Assembly (NCBI GenBank): GCA_014905635.1
Contig: JABVCE010000039.1
Span: forward strand, 62,001-126,000
Source of the DNA: Scenedesmus sp. PABB004
Lineage: Eukaryota
DNA: 64,000 nt
Reading direction: 5' to 3'
Part shown: piece after piece, positions 12,733-22,032 of the stretch
Layout of the letters: each line of letters opens with the position of its first letter
Numbering within the stretch: position 1 is the first letter of the stretch
Notes under the pieces: model-generated
Told to the model about the DNA's origin: nothing
Seen by the model: the letters and a program-made list of their open reading frames with translations, nothing else
Database searches by the model: none
Program-made: the position numbers and the translations under genes

Positions 12733-13829
12733 TCATAGGCTGAGCGGCTCCTTGGACACCAGGATGCCGTCGCCGTCGGCGTAGACCCAGTCGCCGGGGC
12801 AGACCGTCACGCCGCCGACGGTGACCGGCACGTCGGCGAGCCCCGCGTCGCGCTTGCTGCTCTTGAGCGGGTGCGTGCCCAGCGCCTTGACACCCAGCGC
12901 CATGCGCCCGATGTCGGCGCTGTCGCGGATGCAGCCGTTGATGATGGCCCCCTGCGCCCCCATGCGCGCGCGGCGGGGCGGGGCGGGCTGGGGGGCGCGC
13001 GCGGCGCGGGCGGCGCGCACGCGCGCAGCACGGCCCGGGCCCGTGGCGGCGTCGGCAGCGCGGCGCGGCGCCTCACGCTCCAGCCGTTCTGCACCGCCAT
13101 GGCCGCGATGTTGTCCCCCAGCAGCGCGCAGCGCCGGCTGCCGCCGCCGTCCACGACCAGCACGCGCCCGTTGCCCGGCTGCTCAAACGCCTGGCCGTGC
13201 GCGCGCGCGCCCGGCGCGGCGTGGGCGCGTCGGCGCGTCGGCGCGTCGGCGCGCCGCGCGCCGCGGCCGCGCCGCGCGCCGCGGCCGCCCGGGCGCGTGC
13301 GCACCGCCGCGCCGCACCTTGCGCACGAGCGGGTTGTTCTCAAAGCACTGCGGCGCCGCGGCCCACGGGCAGCTCTGGTCAGTGCCGCGTCGCCGGCAGC
13401 GCGGCGCGGCGAGCAGCCGCGCCCGGCGTCTGGCGCGCGCGCGCGCACCTTGACCGTCGAGACCTGCCCGCTGAAGCGCAGCTTGCCGCCCAGGTCCCTG
13501 CGCCGCGCGCACGCGCGCGCGCGCACGTCGGCGCGCCGCAGCTGCACGCGCCGCGCGGCAACGCTCGCCGCGCGCGCTCACTTGAACACGCCCGGCTCCA
13601 TTATCTGCACCTTTCGCTGCGACACCTCGTCCACGGGCTCGGGGCAGAATACGTCGGCCAGGTCGGCCGTCGCGCCGCGCGCCGTGTCGGGCGGCGGCGT
13701 GGCCGTGGTCGGGCCGTCGGACGCAGCAGCCGCGCTCGAGCGCAGCAGCCGCGCGGCGGCCGCGCCGGCGCCGGGCGCGGCGCCGCCGCCACGCAGGGCC
13801 GCTGCCGTCACCAGGCTGAGGCGCAGCAT
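12733..13829 (-). CDS. RraA-like protein / 4-hydroxy-4-methyl-2-oxoglutarate aldolase with transit peptide; 4 introns
   Basis: [67 protein letters not shown]. Confidence 0.92.
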
Positions 13830-14347
13830 GGCTGGCAGCTGGCGAGGCGGCGGCGTGCGCACGGGCAGCGGCGTTCGCCGCGGCTGCCTCTGCAGCGAGA
13901 CAACCCTGGCGCCGCGCCTCGGGCGTTCGCGGCGCGCGTGCAGGCCGGAGGCACACTGCGGCGAACACAGAGCGGCTGCGCCGGGGGCGGCGCCGCGACG
14001 CGGCACGACGGCGCGGGCCCTGCACCGCCGCTCCCCGCCGCCGCGTGCGCGCCGAGGCCTCCTGCCGTCGGCGCGCCCGGCCACAGCGCGCCCGCCCTTC
14101 CCTTTCGCTCCCCGCTCTGCCGCAGCAGCGCCCCGCGCGCAGCAGCGCCGCCGCGCCGCAGCCGCGCCGCAGCAGCGCCGCCAGAGCAGCGCTGGCGTCC
14201 GCCGCGCCGCCCACGGGCCGCGCCCAGCGGCGCGCGGCGCAGGACGAGCAGGTGCGCGCGCGCAGGCCGCGAAATGCGCGAGGGGGCGACGCCGCGGCAA
14301 CCGCCGACCGCCACCTGCCGCAGCGCGCGCGCAAGGCGGCGGCCGCG

Positions 14348-15363
14348 ATGCGCGCGGGGGCGGCCGTCGCGGAGCTGGTGCTGGTGCGGCACGGCGAGAC
14401 CGACTGGAACGTCGAGCGCCGCCTGCAGGGCCAGCAGGCGCCCGGGCCGCCGCTGAACGCGCTCGGGCGGGGCCAGGCCGGCGTGGTCGCCGCGGAGCTC
14501 GCGCGGCGCTTCGCCGGCGGCGTCGACGCGGTGTGGAGCTCCGACCTGCGCCGCGCGGTGGAGACGGCGGAGCCGATCGCGGCCGCGCTCGGCGTGGCGG
14601 TGCAGACGCACGCGGGGCTGCGCGAGCGGCACCTCGGCGACCTGCAGGGCCTCACGTACGCAGAGGCGCCGAGCGCGCAGCCAGCGGCGTGGGAGGCGTT
14701 GCAGGCGCCCGGCGGCGCGGCGCGCATCCTGGGCGGCGGCGAGAGCCTGGACGACCTGCGGGCGCGCCTCCGCGCCACGCTGCTGCACATCGCGGCGGCG
14801 CACCCAGGTGCGCCGGGCGGGCGGGGGGGCCCCGGGGGGCGCTGCTGGAGTGCGCCGCGGCGACCGCGCCGCCGCGCTCACCTGCGGCTGCGCGCGCTCC
14901 TCGCGCGTGCACAGGCGGGCGCGTCGTGGTGGTCAGCCACGGCGGCGCGCTGCACGCGGCGCACGCCGTCGCACGCGGCGCCGCAGCCAAGGGCAAGGTG
15001 GTGAACGCCAGCATCAGCGTGCTGCTCGCCGCGGCGGGGCCGCCGCCGGCGGTGCTGTGCCGGCGGTGCCGCGCGCTGGAGCAGGCGCAGCGGCGACCCG
15101 AGCGGCAGCCGCCGGGGACCGGCGGCGATGGCTGCAGCTGCGCCGACGTCCGCACCGACGGCGCAGGCCGCGGCGGCGGCGGCAGCATCAGCATCGCTGC
15201 CGACTGCACAGCGGCGAGCGCCGGCGGGGCGGCCGTGCCAGGAGAGCACGGGCGGCCTGCGCGGGACTTTGCGCTGCTGTGCTGGAACGACGCAAAACAC
15301 CTGGCCAACGCGGGCGCGCTGGGCGCGGGCGACGCGTTTGGCGGCAGCGCGTGCGAGGCGTGA
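14348..15363 (+). CDS. Histidine phosphatase (phosphoglycerate mutase-like) family protein; 1 intron
   Basis: LVLVRHGETDWN; SSDLRRAVETA; LRERHLGDLQG; GGESL; VVVSHGG; WNDAKHL. Confidence 0.9.
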
Positions 15364-15742
15364 CGTGGCGTGGGCGAGCACAGGCCGGCGTGGCGCTGCT
15401 GCGAGACGCAGCGCGGGGACCGGTGACACCTGAATTCGGCCGGCCATGTGTGCTGGGGAGCGGCGACGCACCGCGTCTGGGGGCAGGCCGCACCAGGGGC
15501 TTAAACAGCAGCAGCCCGCACCAGCCCGCACACCAGGATACCCTCGCGCTCACTGGTCAGTCGGTCTCACCGGTCAGTCGGTCGTGTTTATTGCCGCGCG
15601 GCTCGTCTCGCGGCGCGGTGGGAGGTGAGGGTTGAGTTGGGAGTGCAGCGGGCCCCCGGGGCGCGACGCGCCCCTGACGTAATGGTACATGCACAGGTCG
15701 CCGCGCAGCGCGCGGCGTGGTGGTGGTACTGCCACGAGCGCG

Positions 15743-17282
15743 TCAGAAGACGACCCCCAGCGCGGCGGCGCGCGCCACGGCCGCGTCGGCGGCGGCCGCC
15801 GCCTCCTCTGCCGCGCGCGCGAGCTGCTTCTTCCTCAGGCGCACGAGCGCCTGCAGGCCCTCCTCCGCGTGCAGGTTGAGCGCCGGCGCGTCGCGGCAGA
15901 GCTGCGCGAGCTGGCGCACCGTCGAGGCGCCCTCGTTGCGCAGCGAGTGCGAGAACGAGGCAAAGAGACCAAGCTGGCGCAGGCCCGTGAGGCTGGCCAG
16001 CGCCGGCAGCCCCTTGAGCCGGTTCAGGCTGACGTCCAGCAGCGTGAGCGCCTGCCGGGCGGCGACGCGGGCGGCGGCGGCGGCGTGAGCGGGCCGGCCG
16101 CGCGCGCGAAGGGCGCCGCGGGGCGCCGCGGCGTGCACGCTGCGCGTCGCCGCCGCGCCGCGCCTGCAGCTGGGAGAGGCTGTCCGGCAGCTCCAGGAGC
16201 GTGTTGTTGGACGCGCGCAGTGTGTGCAGCCCCGTGAGGCCGCCCAGCCCCTCCGGCAGGTGGCTGAGCTGGTTCTCGGACACTGCGGCGCGGCGCGGCG
16301 CGGGGGGCGCTGAGCAGCGGCGGGGCCCAGCGCGCGCGAGGGAGCGCCGCGCGGCACGCCGGCCGCACCGTCGAGCTTCCGCAGCGTCTTGCCGAGGCTG
16401 CCGATGCTGGCGGGCAGCTCCGTCAGCATGTTGTTGGAAAGAATCAGGGTCTCCAGCGCCTGCGCGGCGGCGAGGCCCAGGGGCCAGCTGAGCTGCAGGA
16501 CCAGCTGCAAGCTGCGTACGGCGGACCGACGCGTGCGCCCCATGCGCGCCTCGCAGCGGTGCAGGCCGGCGCCGGCGAGGGTTTTGATGCGGTTGGCCGT
16601 CATCACCAGCACCTTGAGGTGCGGCAGCCCGCCCAGATCCGGCGGCGCCGCGCTGAGCATGGAGTTGCTGCGTGCGGCACGGCGGGCGGGGCGGCGGGTC
16701 GGGGGGCGCCGCGCCGCGGGCGCGCGCCAGCGGGTGCGACGGCGCCGCGCGCCGCGCACCTCAGCTCCAGCACGCACAGCCCGGCGCAGGGCTGCGCCAG
16801 CAGGCGCACCGCCGCGAGGGCCGCGGCGTTGCTCGTGTGGCTGACCACGAGGTGCTGCAGGTGCGGGAAGCCGCGCGACGCGGCGGGCAGGATGGTGCTG
16901 TGCACCGACACTGTGTGCACGGTCGCGTTGAACGCGTCCCGCCACGCCCGGCACACGGCCCGCATGACGGCGGCCTCATTCTTGTCAGAGAAGCGGGAGA
17001 TGATCGACTGCGGGGGGCCGCGGCGGGCGCGTGAGTCGTGGCTGCTCCGCAGCGCGCGTGCCGCGCCGCCGCCGCCGCCGTTGCCGCCGCCGCCGCGCGT
17101 CCCGCCGCTCGCTGGCCGCAGCCCCGGCTGCAGCTCACCACGAGGCAGTCGACCGGCAGGCCGGCCCAGCCCTCGGCCTCCTGCTGCCTCGGCGAGAGGC
17201 TCAGGCGGAGCGCGCCCAAGCTCAGCCGGGCGCTGCTGCCGCTGAGGCTCAGGCACTCGCTGAGCGCCCGCGGGACGCGCAT
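15743..17282 (-). CDS. F-box / leucine-rich repeat protein; about 6 introns
   Basis: F-box-like WAGLPVDCLV/SIISRF..MRAVCRAWRDA, followed by LRRs: LETLILSNNMLTELPASIG, VSENQLSHLPEGLG, LRASNNTLLELP, LDVSLNRLKGLP. Confidence 0.8.
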
Positions 17283-17347
17283 GGCGCGCCGCGGCGTTCG
17301 CCAGGGCGATCGGGGCGCGCGTCGGAGCGTGGCGAGGCCACCCACTC

Positions 17348-18769
17348 CTACGCGCTTTTGGCCAGCCTGGCGCGCGTGCCGACGCGCAGGCTGTCGGGTG
17401 CAGCCCTGGCGGAGCGGGGGCGCGGCGGGGCGGCTGCCGGCGCTGCTTGCGCGCGAAGAACCCCGCAGCTGACGCCGCCGCTGCGCGGCGCTCGCGCGGC
17501 AACTGTTGCTGCCGGCGTCCGCCTGCGCCCTCTCACTCCCCCTCTCCCCGCCAGCGCTCTCGCTGCTGCACCGCCGCCCCCGCCGCCGCGCCCGCGCCCG
17601 CGGGGGCCGAGCGCCGGCGCGGGCCCGCCGCCGGGCGCGGCGGCCGCCGCGGCGTCGCCGTGCCGCTGCCCGCGCTGCTCCTGCAGCGCGGCCGCCGCCG
17701 CCGCGTCGTCCGCGTGGCGCAGCTGCGCGGGCGCGCGCGCAGCGCCGCCGCCGCCGCCGGCGGGGCCGAACGCGGGCGGTCCGTAGAGCTCCGCGCAGCG
17801 CCCCTCAAACGCGCCCATCATGCGCTGCACGACCTCGGTGAAGAACAGGCCCGCCAGGTGGGCATAGAGGGGGTTGGCAAAGGCAAAGTCGACGGAGAAG
17901 GTCAGCCAGGTGCAGCCGGGGCGCGGCCCGGGCGCGAGGCGCCACGTCGACTCGAGGTGGTGGAACAGCCCGCTGTCGGCGACGCTGCTGCTCACGAGGT
18001 GCGGCGGGCGCAGCTTGACGCGGCTCGTGTAGCTGCGCGGCGGGCGGCGGGCGGCGGTGGGGGCGGGCGGCGGCGTCGCGGCGGCGGCGTCTCGGCGCTT
18101 CGCGGCGCGGCGCGGCGCGGCGCTGCGCCGCGCTGCGGCGCCGCGCCGCCGGGGCGGGGCGCTGCCGCGGCTCACCTCTCCTGGATCATCTGGAACCCGA
18201 TGTGCAGCTCCGCCTCGAGGTAGGAGCCGTCCGGGTCGGAGCGCAGCACGCTGCTGCGCACGCACCACGGCACAAACGCGGCGTAGTGCTGCACGTCCGA
18301 CACGACCGCGTACAGCTGCGCCGGCGAGTAGCTGCGCCGCGCCGCGCGGGAGGGAAGGGAGGGGGGGGCAGGGGGCACGTGGGCGAGCAGGCCGCTAGCC
18401 ACCGGCGGCGCCTGCGCGCCCCGGCGCCGGCGCGGAGCCCCGGCTCCGCGCTCCGGCTGGCGCCCCGCGCGCGCACCCGATGAGGCGCCGCTCCTTGTAG
18501 ACCTTGGTGGCGGGCTCCGAGATCTGGCTGAAGAAGCCCCGCCGCGGTGGAGTCGCCCACGCTGCTGCTGCTGCTGCTGCTGCGCCGCTGCCGCCGCGCA
18601 GCGCCGCCGCGCGGCACGGCCCCGGCTGCGGCACCGGCCAGGCCCTGGGGTCGGCGGCCCAGCCCCACGCGCTGCCGGCGGCCACCAGGGCGCGCCCGCC
18701 GGCCTGCTGCAGGCGGGCGCCCGCAGCAGCGTGCTGCCGCGCGAGCGCCAGCAGCAGCGGGGCGGCCAT
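17348..18769 (-). CDS. COQ10: Coenzyme Q-binding START-domain protein with a low-complexity C-terminal extension; 2 introns
   Basis: YKERRLIG/YSPAQLYAVVSDVQHYAAFVPWC; AELHIGF; ER/YTSRV; LFHHLESTW; VDFAF; MMGAFEGRCAELYG. Confidence 0.9.
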
Positions 18770-18946
18770 GATGGCCTCCGCAGTCCGGAGCTCCAACAAT
18801 CCCGGCCGCCGAGACCTGCTGAGCGCGCGGTGCTGGTCGAGCGCCCGGTGATTCCGGCGAGCGGGCGCCTGCGCCGCGGCGCCAGCGGGCTCTGCGTGCG
18901 CGGCGGGAGGCTAGGCAAGGCTGGCGTGGACGAGCGGCGGCGGCGC

Positions 18947-18951
18947 TTACA
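18947..18951 (-). promoter_or_regulatory. TGTAA polyadenylation signal of the aminotransferase-like gene
   Basis: TTACA on the + strand ~135 bp past the stop at 19084. Confidence 0.6.
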
Positions 18952-19083
18952 CGCGCGGCGCCGACTCGCCAGGGCTCGCCGCGGCTGCGCCGCCGATGCG
19001 CCCTGCGCGCCCGCCGCGCCCGCGGGCCTAGTGTACACGTGCCCCCCGCCGCCCCAGGCAGTACTGGGCGCGGTGGCGCGGGT

Positions 19084-21493
19084 TCAGGTGAGCTGGGAGG
19101 GCATGCCGGTCATGTAGCCGTACGGCACGGCCGTGTGCTCCGCGCTGCCTGGGCGGGGCTGGCGCGCGACGACCAGCATCTCGTGCAGCGCCAGCGACAC
19201 CGGCCCGGAGCGGCCCTCAAACTCGTGCGCGCCGGCGCCGATGGGCCGGCCGTCCAGGCTGGCCAGGCCCACGACGCCGAGCTCGCTGCTGATGGCAAAG
19301 CCCTCCGCCGCGCCCGCGAGCTCCTCCAGGCTGAACGTGCGCCGCTCCACGGCCGAGACCGTCAGGTCCTCGTCGGCGTGCTGCGCGCGGGTAGGGGGAG
19401 GGGGAGGGGGGGGGGTGTAGTGTGGTGGGCGGGGCGGCGACAGGTGCCGAGTGAGCGACGCATGGGCGGCGCGCGCAGCGCCACGCGGCGCGGCCAGCGC
19501 GGGGGAGGTCAGCGTTGGATTGGTCGTCTGTAATCACGGGTGATTCAGGTGAAAGATGGTGATTGAAACGTTTGCTCGTCACCCCTCCCCAGGGGCGCCA
19601 CGCAGGGCACGCCCACGCGCAGGCACGCGCGGTCAACGCACGCGGCAGGCGCACTCAGGCGTGGCGGTGATCAGCGTTGGATTGTGGAGTAATCACGGTT
19701 GAAGTCAGGTGAAAGATGGTGATTCAAGCGTTTGTGTTTCATCACTCCACCGCCACGCCCCGCGCGCGCACACGCGGCAGACGCAGCAGACGCGGCACAC
19801 GCAGCAGACGCAGCACACACGGCACGCGCAGCAGACGCAGCACGCGCGCGCAGCCGCCCGGCCCTGCACCCGCGCGCGCTCACCTGGGGCGCCAGCGCGG
19901 CCACGTTGCGCGCAGCCATGCCCGCCAGCCCGCTCTCGTCCGGCGGCACCACCAGCGTGCCGTCGCGCGTGAGCATCGCGATGGTGCAGTCGGGGCCGCG
20001 CAGCACCGTGCCGTCGGCGTCCACAAAGATGCCCTGCGCCACAGCGGCGGCGCGGCGGCTCGGGCGGCGGTCCGGCGGCGCTGCGAAGCGCGCAGCGCGC
20101 CCGCCGCCACGCCCCGCCGCGCCCGCCGCCCCGCGCGGCGCGCCGGCGGCGCACCAGGTCTGCGCCGCGGCTCATCGCCTCGAGCTGCGCGAGCGCGGCG
20201 GGCATGTCGCTGGTGCTGCGCATGGCTGTGAAGTAGGGCGACGGCGGGTCGACGGGGCTGGCCACCGCGGCCCAGCCCTCGTCGCGGTCGAGCTCCGCCT
20301 CGCCGACGTAGCACATCTCGGTGCTCAGCACCGCGTACAGGCCCGGCCGCTCCGCGTCGGCCAGCCCAAACGTGCCGCGCCCGCGCGAGACCCACACCCG
20401 GAGCATGCCTGCGCGCGGAGGGCGCGAAGGGCGGCGCGGGGCAGCGCGGGGCAGCGCGGGGCAGCGCGGGGCAGTGCTGGGCAGCAGGGCGGCGTCGGCG
20501 CGCGCGGCGAGCCGGCCGCCCCCCTGCCGCCCGCGGCGCGGCGCGGCGCGGCGCGCGGCGTGGGGCTGACCGTTGAGCTTCATGCTCGCCGCTGCGGTGT
20601 CCAGCAGCACGCGTCGCAGCCGCGCCGCGCTCATGGGCAGCGGCAGGCCCGCGAGCTCCGCGCTCGCGGCCAGGCGGGCGAGGTGGGCGTCGAGCTGATA
20701 GAGGTAGCCCCCCACCAGCAGCACGCCCTCCGACACCGCGTCGCCGCGGTGGACCATGTGGTCGTCGACGGGCAGCACCATGAACCCCGGCTGCGTCACG
20801 ATGCCGCCGAGCTCGCTCGAGTAGAACGCGGCGTGGTGCTTCAGCGCCGCCAGGCCCGCCGTCTCGGCGAGCCGCTGCATCACCTGCGCGCGCGCGGGCG
20901 CGGGCGCGCACAGCAGGGGCCCAGGGGCGGGGGGTGGGATGCAGGGGGGCCTCGCCGCCAGCGCTGCCGCGGCCAGCCGCCGCCCCCGCTGCCGCTGCTC
21001 GCTGTTGGGCGCGCCGCGGCGCCCCTGCCGGGCCAGCCGGCGCGGCGCCGGGCTATCCCGCTCAGGCGGGTCCGGTTGCGGCTGGGGGCGCAGCAGGGTA
21101 GCCTGGCGCGCGCTGGCGGGCGCGTGGGGCCGGCCGCCGGCATCGGATCGTGCGCGCGGCCCCCCCGGCTCGCCCTCGCCGTGCCGGATGCCCCGCAGCC
21201 GCCAGGGCGCGAAGGGCGGCGCGGGGCCGCTGACACCGCCCACCGCGCACCCGCTCCGGCGTCAGGCGCGGCGTGGCGGTCGTCCGCGCGCCCGGCACCA
21301 CGCCCTCGGCCTGGCCCATGCGGTCCAGGGGCAGCGGGTTGGTGGCGTGCATCTGCGGCATGCTGCTGGCGCAGATCGCGCGCCGCAGGGAGGCCGGCGG
21401 CGCCGCATGGCGGCCGCTCGTGGACGGGCCGCCGTCGGCGCTGCGTGCGGCGGCCCGCGCGGCGTGCCAGCTGGCGGCTGCTAGGCGCGCCAT
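19084..21493 (-). CDS. Class IV aminotransferase-like protein (plant D-amino-acid transaminase/ADC lyase homologue), catalytically degenerate; snoRNA host gene; 5 introns
   Basis: FYSSELGGIVTQPGFMVLPVDDHMVHRGD; YLYQLDAHLARL; LRVWVSRGRGTFGL; SLDGRPIG; HTAVPY. The catalytic segment reads YFTAMRSTSDMP instead of F.TVKSVNYLP. Confidence 0.85.
19507..19584 (-). ncRNA. Intronic box C/D snoRNA, copy 1 (double guide, LSU rRNA)
   Basis: Minus strand: GGGGAGG stem - C box GTGACGA - guide TCACCATCTTTC - D' CTGA - C' GTGATTA - guide CAATCCAACG - D CTGA - CCTCCCC stem. Confidence 0.88.
19669..19747 (-). ncRNA. Intronic box C/D snoRNA, copy 2 (double guide, LSU rRNA)
   Basis: Minus strand: C box GTGATGA - guide TCACCATCTTTC - D' CTGA - C' GTGATTA - guide ACAATCCAACG - D CTGA; flanked by a perfect 12-bp inverted repeat GGCGTGGCGGTG/CACCGCCACGCC (19658-19669 and 19748-19759). 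Confidence 0.92.
19770..19845. repeat. Degenerate 9-bp intronic tandem repeat
   Basis: gcagacgca / gcacacgca units repeated about 8 times. Confidence 0.7.
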
Positions 21494-22032
21494 GGCGGCG
21501 GCGGTCTGCTGCGGCGGGCCGCGGCGGGCGGCGCCGCACCGACCGAGGCGCCGGCAGCCGGCCGGCCGGGCGCCGCGCCCGCACGCCTTCCGGCCAGCGC
21601 AACGGCGGTGGCGTGTGTGTGACGGGGGGTCGCACGCCTGTGTGTCGCACGGCTGCTTGCGACGCGACGCGGCGGCCGCGCGCAGCGGCCGCCGCTCGTA
21701 GTGCGGTGACGCCGCCGCCACGCGCAGCACGGCGCGCCGGCGCCCGCTGGGCTGGCCACGGTGTGGTCCTGCCGCTCCGACACAGCGTGTGCGCCGCTGC
21801 GGGCCGCCCGTACACCACTCCGGGCCGCCCGGCACCCCGGGAAGACTGGAGAGCTTCCTTGTTAACTTCCGCGGCCTCCGCCGCCCTTTTTTCCCCTCTG
21901 CCGACCCGGAAAGCTCCACCAGACCTGCCACCGCGCTTGAGACCACCTCCCGCCCTGAGCGCCCCCTGGCAGGACGGCCCAGGCCCGATCGCCTCGCTCC
22001 CCGCGCGCCGTGTGCCGAGCGGAATAGCAGCC

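Noticed and set aside
15549..15583. Twice-repeated ctcac(t/c)ggtcagtcggt between convergent genes
   Set aside because: A simple local 17-bp duplication in 3' UTR sequence with no further structure
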